From the human T2T-CHM13v2.0 reference genome, Homo sapiens, in NCBI RefSeq assembly GCF_009914755.1, contig NC_060945.1: a stretch of DNA of 64,000 nt, one strand, 5' to 3'. Below are positions 31,843-49,594 of this stretch, piece after piece (the stretch's first letter is position 1; each line of letters begins with the position of its first letter). The notes under the pieces are model-generated. The model was not told where the DNA came from and made no database searches. It saw nothing but the letters and a program-made list of their open reading frames with translations. A program made the position numbers and the translations under genes.

Positions 31843-34800
31843 TACATTATGTATAACTATATGTAAATTTTCAAATAGTGACACATATACTAAATTTACC
31901 TCATAAAGCCATAGTAGGTCACATAGCACAGTTGGAACAAGACTAACCATAGCAAGATATCAAGGATTTTGAGTAGCTATGCCGTCTCCTGAATACAAGC
32001 ATCTCTTCTTAATTTCTCCCGTTTGAGAAACAGAACATCCTGTGTTTGTAAGTTTATAATCCAACCCATCTTTTACTTGCTCAGACCTCCACTAACAGGC
32101 TGAACAAGGTGCAGACTTTACTTTTAGAAAATAAAACAAAACAAAAAAACACAAAAAAACCCAATTTCTGCTAAAAGTAGATTTCATCTTGCTGACGATT
32201 CTTAAGTAACTTAAACTGTCCCTCTACAGTTCATCTTTGATACCTCCTACTCATCGCTATTATCTTGAGTTTTACTAGCAATGAATTCTAGCACACAAGA
32301 AAAAAAAATCAGAAATGCACCCTTCGTTTACTAATTACAAAATCAACAGACCTCAGAAAGACGGGACATTCACTTCTATGCACTCCCCTCAATTCAGGGG
32401 TGGAATTGGGTTGCATTTTTGTATCTGTGAGTCTCAGCGTGTGTAAACTCATGTCCTCACAGATGCCTGAGGTTTTCTGCTAGCCCAGCTGATCTTGACC
32501 AGGAATTTATTTAATGTAACTGAGTAAGTATGAAGTCTTATCAGGGCTATTGGAGAAAACTGGTAGATAAATGTTTTTATACTCAGGTAATTAAGAAAAT
32601 GAATTTCAAAGTAAAATACTCTGAAAAGCATGACCTAAAGATACTTTGTACAATAGCATCAATTTCTTGGCTATCATTTAGGCCTTCTAGAAACTATTTT
32701 CTTGGTCTAGACATTTACTATTGGCTGTATTTCCTTTGTTTCTATTTTTCAAAGCAGTCATACAACTTCAAATCGAAATGCCCCAAGCTGTATTTATTCT
32801 GATCATTTCTGACATTCTTTACGGTAAAGTCAGTAGTGACATTTATATTACTCATTCCAATTACATCATCATTTTTGGTTGCTGTTTTTGAATTGGTAAC
32901 AGTAAAGCATTCCTTAATCTAGTGTTATCACTCCTTCCTCTGCCTCCTACTTCCCAATTTTTACCTTAATAACTGCTACATAATTTTTTGTAGTATATAT
33001 TTTCAGGCCTCTTTTTCTATATGTAAAAAAGGCTGCCATAGACTCACTTGTATGATATCGAAGTCATGTTTCTCAAGATTCCCATTTTCATGATCTGCTT
33101 AGCCATCACCCTTTCCCTGTGGCCTCCAGATGACTATCTATTGTTTTTATTCATTAGAACTGCTTCAGTCCTTGTGGCACAGAACACGAACTAACTCACT
33201 ATGAGAGATGAACATACTTCCAACCCCAAGACTACACCAGGATAATCTAGTCTCATAGAAGCAGGGAGGCATTTTCCTCTATTTTATCCAACTTACACTG
33301 CCAAACAAGGTCTGGGCCTTTTCTCTCTTTTTAATCCTTTCATTCCAATTGTTGGACATGTTTTCCATACAGGAGATTTTAAAACTCTGCTATTTATTCC
33401 CCAAGCACCCTCTAATTAGCTATTTAGTTCCCATTATAAGTGTGTTTGTTGCCATTTAATTAAGAGCAGTGATACGACAATTCCCTTTTTGTTTTAAAAA
33501 GATATCACGGAAATAAATCTCCCTGATCAGTTATTTGGTTATTGCTACTGTTTTTTTTTTTTCTATTCCCGAAAAATGGGCTTGCTTTATTTTGCTCTTT
33601 TTAGTCTCTCACAACAAATTTTCCCCTTTTTTTCATGATTTTCACTTCCCGTTGTAAAGTTAGCTCACAGTGTTGAAATGCCCTCTTTGAACACATATTT
33701 TTACTTCCTCATCCTCCTCTCCCTGTGGTAACCCAGGCTTCTCTATTGTAACTCAACATTCAGCAGGTATACAGAGACTGCCTCCACTACGTGGGTTTCA
33801 AACTGAATAACTCATTGTTGGGTCTGGATCTGTAAAAAGGTGAAAATAAATAAATCTTCTTTTATAACTACAGGAATGTATTCTGAATTATCTGCCTCCT
33901 ACTGCTGTTCCCCTCACAGTGCTCCAAGCCTGTGCCTCTCTCATCTTTCCAATACTATCCTCATTGGTAATTTGGCAAATTCAGGAGACCTTCGCCAAGT
34001 CGAAACAAACATAGAATAAAATTATCATGGAGGCTAAATAAGAAAAGGCTGTTGATGTTGGAACTTAAGAAGAAAAAAATTAGAAGTTTAACTCCCACTC
34101 CTCTTTTTTTTTAAATGCAGCAGAATCAACCATATTTGGGCACCTACATATCATTCACTTGGCCTTGTATTGATCTCTGAGGGTTTTTTTTTGGTGGAGG
34201 CGGGTGGGTAAAGGGGAACTAGTAAATCCAGGGCAATTCATTAATACTGTATATCGTCCAATTGTTAACAAGCATACTTAAGCCAGGTTTAAAAAGTTTC
34301 TTTTTAATTCAAAACTAACATGCGTGCTAATTTGATACAGGTTTTGTCACTGATGGGCAATATGGAGAGAATGTAAAAATATCTAACTTCAAACAGAAAA
34401 AAGAAACAACTGGAATGAAAAGCTATAAACAATAGGTAAGGAAACACAAACATTTACATTTTAACACAGACCAAACAGGCAAGAAGGGACTTGCTGGCCA
34501 AAGATATCTCATATTTTGTTTTACTTCTCTGTTTTTAAAGTATCAGGAAGTTGGGCCAAATATCAACTCTCTTCTATATTACATGGACCTCCCAATACTG
34601 TTCTTGGCTAGCCTGTTCACGGTCCAAACTGGCATTTTAAACCAATTCTAATTAGGTTGAAATTACAGTTACAATTCATTTACTTCAAATCCGTTAACCT
34701 TCCAGTGTTGCAAAGAAGGCTGTGGAGTGGAACACAGAATTCAGCTGAGATGATATTTAAGGCATAGCTAGGGACTGTGATCTTGCCGACAAAAATATTA

Positions 34801-36899
34801 CTTATTTCCTTTTTATGAAAAGAATATTACCATCAGAATCCAAGACCTCCGAACTTCCCTGCTGAAGGCACGTTTACGTCTTTGGACTCTGGTGTACCAG
34901 GGCCTGAACAAGCTATAACACCATGGTATTACCAAATACATCCTAAGTCATCAAAACAGCTTTTTAGGCTAATTCTGTAAGTACAGCAAAACACACAGCA
35001 AACTTAAGGTTTTCTTAGTAGTAAAAAACATGTATCTCTCATACTGTAAAAAATAAAGGTGTTCCATGGGAGGGAAGGAGTAGGGGGAGAACAGGTTGGG
35101 GCTCAAAATAAGCAAGTAGGGTTATTGTAATCTATTTTAAAGAAAATTCATAATTTTAAATCTCTCTTTAGTTCAGAAGATTGACGTAGAGGATTTACCT
35201 ACAGAACTTCAGGAGATTCCTAAGAAGGCCTTCAGTGATCTTTTCATCAATATCATCAGGCCTTATCATTGTTTCACATTTGCTTCTCTTTACCATAGGG
35301 AATATAATAATTATTTACTGGTTAACTTCCTAGGGAGATTGCCTGCGGCTTATTTAAGATCCAAATTTTAAAGTAATAATTTCTGTTGAAGCTGCTTGTG
35401 AGGTGGTTGGGTGGGCAGATAGAGTGAAGCCAGGGACACACACTAAATGAGCCCGGGATGTAGGCAGGTTTTGATGTTTTGCTTGCTTTTATCCCTAACA
35501 TTTTATCCCTTCACGTTTACTGTCTCACTGAACATTTTGTCTACTCTTCTAGTTATGCAGTGAGCAGGTCTCCTCCAGGAAGAAGCCTCTTTTTATGAGG
35601 ATTGGGGTGGTGACAGACAATAATCAAATGGTCTGATTTCTCTGCTATCCTTTCCTTTCCCCTAAATGTTCTCAGGGGATCTGCTTGAACTTTTTTCAAG
35701 AGCTCTGTATTTGGATTTTTAGTAGCCTATAGATTATCACTCAATAAAACAAATTAATTGTTTTTAAGTGAATTGCCAAAAGTCATTTTAAAAAGGAAAC
35801 TCTATGGTTATTATGGTTTCTGCTAGAAAGAATTCTGACAGCTCATAAAAGCAATATGTATAATTTTTCATTTTTTAGAAGAAAATAAATACTTTCATGT
35901 AATGGCTTGAGACTCTGAATTGCTCCAATTCCTGAAGATTATTTATTAATCATTTAGTCTTTTAATATATTTGAGTGTGGGTTCCCTGGCAGAGGAGGGA
36001 GTTCAGAAGAGACCCTGATTTCCCCCCCAAAAGGAAGCCACAAATCTCTTAGAGCCCTAGTGCATTGGGGCAGCCAGGTTTTAATGGCCTTTGGTGGTTA
36101 TCAGCCCGTCTTGCCTCTGCTCTTTATCTGATAGTGACCCCATGGCCCAACCCTGTTGGGTCCCCTCTCAATGCGGGTGCCCTAAAGAGTCATCGCTGAG
36201 TCCATTTAGGCAAAGGGTTAGAATGATTTAAAAGTAAAATGGTCTCCCAAACCCAAATCTAAGTAAACGGAGGGAGGGAAAAAAGAGTCAAGCAAGCCAC
36301 CACGTTCCTTCGTTCCTTCTCCTCATTTCCACCCCCACTAAAAAACAAAACAAACAAAAAAAACTGCTTTTAGAAAAGTGAGTGGAAAAAGAGGCCAATC
36401 TATAGACACAGCCAACTGCAAATTTCGTTTTGTTTTAGAAATCACAATCTAAGTGTGGAAACTGTATAAAGCTTAAAAATAACCGCAACAATACTTTTTT
36501 AAAAAGTGAATATTCGTCGTTGTAATAAGATCAAGACCCAGCTGAGGCTTGGAACTATAAAAAGCTTATATTAAATTAATCTCCCCTTAAAGGGGACAAT
36601 TATTTAAACTTTTTTTTTAGTAGCTTATCTTTACACTTGGAACCACCTGCCTTGATTCGCCCTTTAAACGAACAGGAAATGACCCGCACTGATTTTACTT
36701 AGTCGCATCTTTTCAAACCCACCAAAGACAAAACAGAATCTCCACTGCAGAAATTAAATTCCTACTGCTTGCTGCTAGTGTAGTAGGGTGATTGTTTAGA
36801 AACGCCTGGGGTTGTTTTCATACCCCTGTTGAAGGTCAAGGTTTTTAAAGGCAGCTCAAAGCTTTGGGGATGATCAGGGGTGAAAAGTGAAGGGAGATC

Positions 36900-39548
<2,649 letters not shown>

Positions 39549-39760
39549 AATGAGAGTGCCTGGAAATGAACGTGCTTTTACTGTAAGCCCGGCCGGAGGA
39601 ATTCCATTCCCTCAGCTCGTTTGCATAGGGGCGGCCGGCGGCCAATCACAGGCCTTTCCGGTATCAGCCAGGGCGCGGCTCGCCGCCGCCGGCTCCTGGA
39701 ATTGGCCCGCGCGCCCCCGCCGCCGCGCCGCGCGCTACTGTACGCAGCCCGGGCGGGGAG
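39549..39760 (-). promoter_or_regulatory. RUNX1: RUNX1 proximal (P2) core promoter
   Basis: No TATA box seen. CCAAT at 39642-39646 and ATTGG at 39701-39705, octamer-like GTTTGCAT at 39619-39626, and a GC box at about 39628-39636, all directly upstream of the UTR start. Confidence 0.85.
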
Positions 39761-40535
39761 TCGGAGGCCACCCCCGCGCCCCGCATCCAAGCCTGCATGC
39801 TGGCCCGGGGCCCCGCCCGCGTGCGGACCCCTTTCCGCAGCCACACGCAGGCTTGTGCGGCTCCGCGAGTGGCCACGGTCCGGAGACCTGGAAAAAGAAA
39901 GCAGGCCCCGCCGGCCCGAGGAGGACCCGGCCGGCGCGCCGCACCCGGAGAGGCCCGGCCCCGCGAGCCGCTGCAGGCAGGCGCAGTGGCCGCCACGAGG
40001 CTCCCGAACCGGGGCTGCAGCCCGCGGACGGCCCCAGATCCTGCGCGGCCGCCCAGGGCCAGGCCTCCGCTTCCAGGGCGGGGGTGCGATTTGGCCGCGG
40101 GGCCCGGGGGAGCCACTCCGCGCTCCTGCACCGTCCGGCTGGCAGCTGCGGCGAAGCGGCGCTGATTCCTTGCATGAGGCCGGACGGCGTCCGCGCGTGC
40201 CGTTTGCTCTCAGCGTCTTCCCTTGGGTCGGTTTCTGTAATGGGTGTTTTTTACCGCTGCGCCCGGGCCGCGGCTCGATCCCTCCGCGCGTCTCACTTGC
40301 TGCGTGCGTCAGCGGCCAGCGAGGAGTTTCCTAGTCAGGAAAGACCCCAAGAACGCGCGGCTGGAAGGAAAGTTGAAAGCAGCCACGCGGCTTGCTCCCG
40401 GGCCTTGTAGCGCCGGCACCCGCAGCAGCCGGACAGCCTGCCCGGGCCCCGCGTCTCCCCTCCGGCTCCCCGGAAGCGGCCCCCGCTCCTCTCCCCGCCC
40501 CCGTGCGCTCGAGCGGCCCCAGGTGCGGAACCCAC

Positions 40536-40596
40536 CCCGGCTTCGCGTGCGGGCGGCCGCTTCCCCCTGCGCCGGTCCCCGCGGTGCTGCGGGCAT
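40536..40596 (-). CDS. RUNX1: Candidate alternative first coding exon of RUNX1 (MPAAPRGPAQGEAAARTRSR + G)
   Basis: ATG at 40596-40594 with A at -3, then 20 codons plus 1 nt, then donor G|gtgggt. Phase 1 fits the acceptor at 37954 (G+AT = Asp). The peptide matches my recollection of a minor annotated AML1 isoform N-terminus, which I have not verified. Confidence 0.65.
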
Positions 40597-43500
40597 TTTC
40601 GCGGAGCTCGGAGGGCCCCGCCCCCGGTCCGGCGTGCGCTGCCAACTCCGACCCCGCCCGGCGGGGCTCCCTCCCAGCGGAGGCTGCTCCCGTCACCATG
40701 AGTCCCTCCACGCCCTCCCTGCCGGGCCCTGCACCTCCCGGGGCCTCTCATCCACCCCGGGGCTGCAACCCAGTCCCCGGATCCCGGCCCCGTTCCACCG
40801 CGGGCTGCTTTGTGGTCCCCGCGGAGCCCCTCAATTAAGCTCCCCGGCGCGGGGGTCCCTCGCCGACCTCACGGGGCCCCTGACGCCCGCTCCTCCCTCC
40901 CCCAGGGCTAGGGTGCTGTGGCCGCTGCCGCGCAGGGACTGTCCCCGGGCGTTGCCGCGGGCCCGGACGCAGGAGGGGGCCGGGGTTGGCTGGCGTGGAG
41001 GCCTTTCCCGGGCGGGCCCGGACTGCGCGGAGCTGTCGGGACGCGCCGCGGGCTCTGGCGGACGCCAGGGGGCAGCAGCCGCCCTCCCTGGACGCCGCGC
41101 GCAGTCCCCGGTGCTCCCGGAACGCCCCCGACGGCGCGGGGCTGTGCGGCCCGCCTCGTGGCCTTCGGGTCGCCCGGGAAGAACTAGCGTTCGAGGATAA
41201 AAGACAGGAAGCCGCCCCAGAGCCCACTTGAGCTGGAACGGCCAAGGCGCGTTTCCGAGGTTCCAATATAGAGTCGCAGCCGGCCAGGTGGGGACTCTCG
41301 GACCAGGCCTCCCCGCTGTGCGGCCCGGTCGGGGTCTCTTCCCGAAGCCCCTGTTCCTGGGGCTTGACTCGGGCCGCTCTTGGCTATCTGTGCTTCAGGA
41401 GCCCGGGCTTCCGGGGGGCTAAGGCGGGCGGCCCGCGGCCTCAACCCTCTCCGCCTCCGCTCCCCCTGGGCACTGCCAGCACCCGAGTTCAGTTTTGTTT
41501 TAATGGACCTGGGGTCTCGGAAAGAAAACTTACTACATTTTTCTTTTAAAATGATTTTTTTAAGCCTAATTCCAGTTGTAAATCCCCCCCTCCCCCCGCC
41601 CAAACGTCCACTTTCTAACTCTGTCCCTGAGAAGAGTGCATCGCGCGCGCCCGCCCGCCCGCAGGGGCCGCAGCGCCTTTGCCTGCGGGTTCGGACGCGG
41701 CCCGCTCTAGAGGCAAGTTCTGGGCAAGGGAAACCTTTTCGCCTGGTCTCCAATGCATTTCCCCGAGATCCCACCCAGGGCTCCTGGGGCCACCCCCACG
41801 TGCATCCCCCGGAACCCCCGAGATGCGGGAGGGAGCACGAGGGTGTGGCGGCTCCAAAAGTAGGCTTTTGACTCCAGGGGAAATAGCAGACTCGGGTGAT
41901 TTGCCCCTCGGAAAGGTCCAGGGAGGCTCCTCTGGGTCTCGGGCCGCTTGCCTAAAACCCTAAACCCCGCGACGGGGGCTGCGAGTCGGACTCGGGCTGC
42001 GGTCTCCCAGGAGGGAGTCAAGTTCCTTTATCGAGTAAGGAAAGTTGGTCCCAGCCTTGCATGCACCGAGTTTAGCCGTCAGAGGCAGCGTCGTGGGAGC
42101 TGCTCAGCTAGGAGTTTCAACCGATAAACCCCGAGTTTGAAGCCCGACAAAAAGCTGATAGCAATCACAGCTTTTGCTCCTTGACTCGATGGGATCGCGG
42201 GACATTTGGGTTTCCCCGGAGCGGCGCAGGCTGTTAACTGCGCAGCGCGGTGCCCTCTTGAAAAGAAGAAACAGACCAACCTCTGCCCTTCCTTACTGAG
42301 GATCTAAAATGAATGGAAAGAGGCAGGGGCTCCGGGGAAAGGGAACCCCTTAGTCGGCCGGGCATTTTACGGAGCCTGCACTTTCAAGGACAGCCACAGC
42401 GTGTACGAAGTGAGGAATTCCTTTCCACCAAGAGCGCTCATTTTAGCGACAATACAGAATTCCCCTTCCTTTGCCTAAGGGAGAAAGGAAAGGAAACATT
42501 ACCAGGTTCATTCCCAGTGTTTCCCTGGAGTAATGCTAGAATTTACTTTTGTCATAATGCAAAATTTAAAAAAAAAAAAAAATACAACGAAGCGATACGT
42601 TGGGCGGATGCTACGTGACAGATTTTTCCAAATTTTGTTGCGGGGAGAGGGAGGGAGGAGAATTGAAAACGGCTCACAACAGGAATGAAATGTACATTTC
42701 TGCAGTGGATTTAAAAAGTACTGCTTGGTTAGTTGGAAGAAAAATAATTTCATTGGAAAACAGTAACAGTGCATTGACGTTTTTCTTCTACAACTTTAGG
42801 TAAAGAACTATAGGTGGTCTCAGAAGATAACTAAATCTTTTACCTTTTTGCTCTTTCAAAAGCCTCCCCAAAATATGCATAAAGATGGGATTAGAATCTC
42901 AACAATTCTCTTAAAATTACCCTTTGCGAGCAATATATTTCCAAAATCACATTTGTAAAAATGCAGTACGTCTAAAAGAATTATTTCTATTTTAAATGAC
43001 CATTTACATTTTAAAAAATAGAATGTATCTTGCTATGGTTTGGAACCAAATAGCTGCAGTTTGTATTGATGTCACAGGGATGGAAAACAATTTTGATGAA
43101 GAGTAACATGTATGTACAAATCACCTGCCATACACACTATCCAGTTTTGAACATTGGAATTTAATTAAACATTTTTTTCTTCTGAAGTGGCTTTGAGATT
43201 ACTTCACTTTTCAAATCTAATTACTATGAGAGGGGGGAGGAGAGCCCTTAGTTCTTCCATTACATCCTTCCTCCATCTGAATGTTTCTGTGGGATGCTAT
43301 GGTTAATGTGTGATGATTTCACTTTCACTTCATAAACCCATTGTGTACCTCACAAGTAGCAAGCTGAGGACATTTTAAAATTAATCTTTTTAAAATTTAG
43401 GAATGCTTAGTAAACATTTTACTCTCATAAAAATCTTGCATTACCACTGCTATAACACAGGTAATAAGCTGGGCTGTGAGGGAAGCCAAGCTCTGTTTTG

Positions 43501-43785
43501 TTTTTAGAGAGTTGTATAGAGGCATTTAATAGCATCAGAATGCACCTATGGTAAACGCTGTAGAACTGAGGGTATCATTTAAGCTTTCATTGAAATATTT
43601 TATATGGTATAACATTTACAATATGGAGAACTGCTTTTAAGTATATTGGAATCAGCAGAAACAGCCTTAATTATTTGGTTAAATTATATCACAAGTTATA
43701 CATAGAGATACATAGATATAAAATCATATACACATCTATGAAGGTGTGTACTTTATTTAAAAATATAACTTGGAATTTAACATAC

Positions 43786-43824
43786 CGTGGACGTCTCTAG
43801 AAGGATTCATTCCAAGTATGCATT
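43786..43824 (-). CDS. RUNX1: RUNX1c (P1-derived) 39-nt internal coding exon, (E)[12 protein letters not shown](D)
   Basis: The minus strand reads tttcag|AATGCATACTTGGAATGAATCCTTCTAGAGACGTCCACG|gtatgt. It is 39 nt, phase 1 at both ends, and matches the RUNX1c N-terminus ...[22 protein letters not shown]. It is too short to appear in the ORF track. Confidence 0.96.
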
Positions 43825-45589
43825 CTGAAATAACAGAAAGTAGGAAAATAAAAGTAATGCAAGTTTAAAAATTAACTTTCCCCCGACTTTTTTTTTTTTG
43901 CTAGCTCATTTCTTCTTACACTTTTTAGCACTGGAGATTTTTATAGCTTTGACACAAAAATGACTTGAAATAGTAAATCACCAAATAAGAAATAAACTGT
44001 TCCTTATGCACGTGGTTTTAGGTACCTTCAACCAATGTTCTCCTTCACTAGCTAATACTGAATATCTGTCATAGAATCACCTCTTTTAAGCTCCGTGTGT
44101 GATTAAAATGTGATTTATTTAATGAAGATTTAAAATATATTTGGAAGGTGTAGGAACATTAGAATTCAAGGGAAAATTAAAACCAAACCCTAACTTAACG
44201 CAAAAACATTTATGATCATTTACTTCCAATGATAGGACATTTTAGAAACATTTTCCCCTGCTTACTCTCCTTCCCTTCTCTCTGCTAGGCAGGTAAATTA
44301 TTTACATCGAAACCTCTCACAAGTTCTAATAGATTATATCAATTATTATTAGAAATAATTGTTACATGATAATTCCCAAATATGGATCACTTACTGTATA
44401 CATTTACAACTATAGGTAAACCCATTAAGCAAAGTCACATGAAGCTCTTTTTCTTTCCTTTGAATATCTACATATAATGTTGTGAATTTGAAATTACTCT
44501 ATCAGCCTTGTATATTGATAACAGCACTGAGTCACAAAGAGGAAATACTGTTCTTTAAAGACAGGATTTGAGCATTTCAAATGCTGCAGACCTAAAGCTT
44601 TCAACTCCATGCCACAATATTTAGTATGCTGTTTTTTTTTTTAAAAAAAAAAACTTTAAAATAAGAGGAGACAATTACTTCAGATTTCTAGATGCTGTTT
44701 AAATAGGCAGGAAAACAAGATTTGCAGCTTCTTTAGTCTTATATTTTTGCCAAAGTAAAAGGAACAACTAAAATAAGAGGTTCTGAAGGACTGCTCTATG
44801 ATGAAATATTAAAGGAATTAAATATGTATAGTCTCAAAGGAGCATCCAAAAAAAAACGAGATTGTGGTTCACAAGTAGATAAAATGACTCCATGAAGACT
44901 TTTCTTTTTAAAGAGCAAGGCAGAGAACTAATCATTTGCACTAATTGTGAATGATAAGGTAAGAAATAATAAATGTATCCTGAAGTTACGTCAGCTCAGC
45001 TTTAATAGGTGTTGGGGCAGTGGGGTGGGGGTGTGGAATCCACAACGGTAAGACTGACCAGACAGCACACCCAGCGGAACCACGCACCCTGGAAATTATG
45101 TCTTGAGACCCAGAGAAGCTTTTCCATGTCTGAGTCTAAGAAATTGGAGTAGGAGAGCAAGAAAACACAAGTTCATCTACACACCTAATAGTTCAGCAAT
45201 TCTGAGGAAAATGCCAGGATTTTTTAAACCCAAAAACAAGGGCAAAAATGAGTGGATTTTGAAAACTGTGATTGGTAACTATTAAAAACTTTCTTAGTTT
45301 GTTGTGTATCAGCAGCCTTGAGAACACAGCAAGTGTGGTTAAATTGGGGAGGGGGAAGGGGTAGGGGGTGAGCAACTGCTGCCCAGGTGAAGTAGCACCT
45401 GTGGAGGTTTGAAGTGATTTGCCCATGAAACTGTTAAAGATGCCAGAACCCAAACTGCAAGAGAGGGGAGGTTGCGTGTGTTTAAGACAGTGAACAATGA
45501 ATCTGGTAGCCCATCCTCCAGTGTGCTAGCTTGCATGCTCTCTCTCTGCCTCTCTCTTCCCTACATCCCCCATTGAATGTAATTATATG

Positions 45590-45722
45590 CCAGGCAATGG
45601 GTGAAGTGCTTTTATATACTTTGCCTGATTTAATCCTCACAAGAACATCATTGCTACCCCCATTTTACAGATAAGGAACCTCACCCTTGGAGAGTTCAGG
45701 TAACTTGCCCAAATTCACATCA
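45590..45722 (-). mobile_element. MIR
   Basis: atttaatcctcacaaga...cccattttacagataaggaa...aggtaacttgcccaa. Confidence 0.8.
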
Positions 45723-45738
45723 CTCTTGACCTACATAG

Positions 45739-45740
<2 letters not shown>

Positions 45741-45781
<41 letters not shown>
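45741..45781. repeat. (CA)n microsatellite, about 20 units
   Basis: Read directly from the sequence. Confidence 0.97.
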
Positions 45782-45784
<3 letters not shown>

Positions 45785-46144
45785 TCATATCTACATATAG
45801 GTCCACATGCATGGTAAGCTATGTTCCTTTTGGATCATGATTATTTTTGTGGCTATCCTTGGTAGAGTTCTAAAAAATTAACTCTGATCTCATCTTTCAC
45901 TTTTATCCCCCCCGTCTCAGGGTCTAGATCAGAAAATATCTTGGAAATTCTTCACCATGCAAACCTCATATCGTTAGGAGTCAGATTTTAATGTCATTTC
46001 TGTCATCCACAGAGTTTGAGGAGAAAGCCAAGGTCCATTTGGCTGAGAAGCTTTTATATTGATAATAATATAAAATGGCGTTTTAGTCTTTTCCCACCTC
46101 CACTAGTTTAAAAGGGCATCTTTAGGACTTTCCTAGATACAAGG

Positions 46145-47933
<1,789 letters not shown>

Positions 47934-48628
47934 TCATCAGTTTCCACTTCAACCCAGGTCTTCCTCTTGTTTTCCCCACTGCACCATCATTCTCCCAGTT
48001 TCCAGACTTGGATCCATGGATTGATCTTTGCCCTCATCCAGTCTGTTGCCAAGATCTCTTTTTGATTTCTTTGGCTGATAACAATTCGGCCCCCACCTTT
48101 CAATTCCTATTGACATCATTCTGGTTCAAGTTCTCATTACCTCTCTGAAGATTTCTTACAAAGATCTCTGAAAAAGGGGGTTCCTGCTAATTGTATACAG
48201 TACTTCCAGATTAGTCTCCTGCACCATAGTTCTGCTGTGTTCTCCTGGGCATCTGGAATTCAATGCAAGGTCTTTAGCACAGTTCTGCAGGATTAAGAGC
48301 TACCCTTCCTGTCCTCATCTTGGAGGGGGGCAGATCCTTCTGCCTCAGGTGAAATTGCCTCTTAAAGACCAATCACATGCTTTATCATCATTTCCACATC
48401 TCCTATGTGACTTGAATTATAATATATTTTGGGTTATAGCTATTTAAATATATTGGGTGGTGGGGCGGGTGAGAGGAAGTGGTGGAACCACCCCTTCCCT
48501 GGCTTCAGGTTTCCATGTGGAACAACATTCCTTAGTGTAAAACTCTTGACCTCTTTTTACACCCTCATTCCTCCTCCACCATAAAAGATTGAATTACCTA
48601 GTTAGTAGCGTTGGAAGCAGAAACTGGT

Positions 48629-49234
48629 TGTAGAAGGCAGAAGCATAAAATGAACCCCTCAAACTTTCCACCCTAATCCCTGGGGCTGGGAATATGATGA
48701 GTTGTCATGCTCTGGTTATGTTACATGGAAAAAAAGAGATTTTTTTTTGCATATGTAATTAAGGTTACTAATCAGTTGGCTTTGACTCATGCAACAGAGA
48801 GATTTTCCTGGTAGCCCTAATCTAATCACAGGAGACCATTACAAACACAGTGTTTTCTCAGGCTGGGGCAGAAGTGAAGTCAGCATTGTAGCTAGAAGAC
48901 AGAGCAGGCACTTGCAAGAACTAGAGAGCAGTCTCTAGATGCCGAGGGTGACCCCTGATTGACAGCCAGCAAGGAAATGAGGGCCACTATGCTACAGCCC
49001 CATGGAATTGCATTCTGCCAACTACCTGCATGAGCTTGGAGGTGAATTTCTCCCTAAAGCCTTCAAGTAAGGGCTCAGGTTATCCAACCCCTGGATTTTT
49101 GGCCTTATGAAGCTGTGAGCAGAGAATCTAGTACAGCACCACCAGATTTCCGACCTGCAGAACTGTGGGCTAAATTTGTTTAAGGTGCTAAGCTTGGCAA
49201 TTTGCTCGTTTTACAGCAATAAGAAAACAAGTAC
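48629..49234 (+). mobile_element. MLT1-family (MLT1E-like) solo LTR
   Basis: atgtaattaaggttactaatcagttggctttg...gacagccagcaaggaaatgagg...gcattctgccaactacctgcatgagcttgga. Confidence 0.8.
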
Positions 49235-49594
49235 CCTGGGCATGCTCTTTCCCTCTCCTTATTCTTTTGGGGAGACACTGCTTGGGTATTGGTGAGTGAG
49301 TCTCCCTATTTCTGGAGCTCAGTAGCAGGAAGCCACATACCTAAGCCATGCTCTCCAAAAGTTCTATCAGTGACCAAGCTGGTATTTTTATCTCCATCTG
49401 CTTGACTCCTTTGTCATCTCACTGTTGATTGTGGATCACCGGAGAGCAGGGGTGTTTTTTATTGAGCCTCCTAACAGCCCACCAGATAATTGTCTTCATC
49501 TCTCTAGATTCACTCTCATTCCCACACAAACGCACCAGTGGATTGTGAACACCTTGCCAGCGAGGCTGTGTTTTACTCACCTTTAAATTCCCTA

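Noticed and set aside
41951-41968. Telomere-like CCCTAAA units
   Set aside because: Only about two imperfect units, which is chance level.
39550-42021. Many long overlapping ORFs (up to 318 aa) on both strands
   Set aside because: They are Arg/Ala/Pro/Gly-rich with no recognisable domain, as expected from stop-codon scarcity in a CpG island. Only the 40596 start has a phase-compatible splice donor, and it is reported separately.
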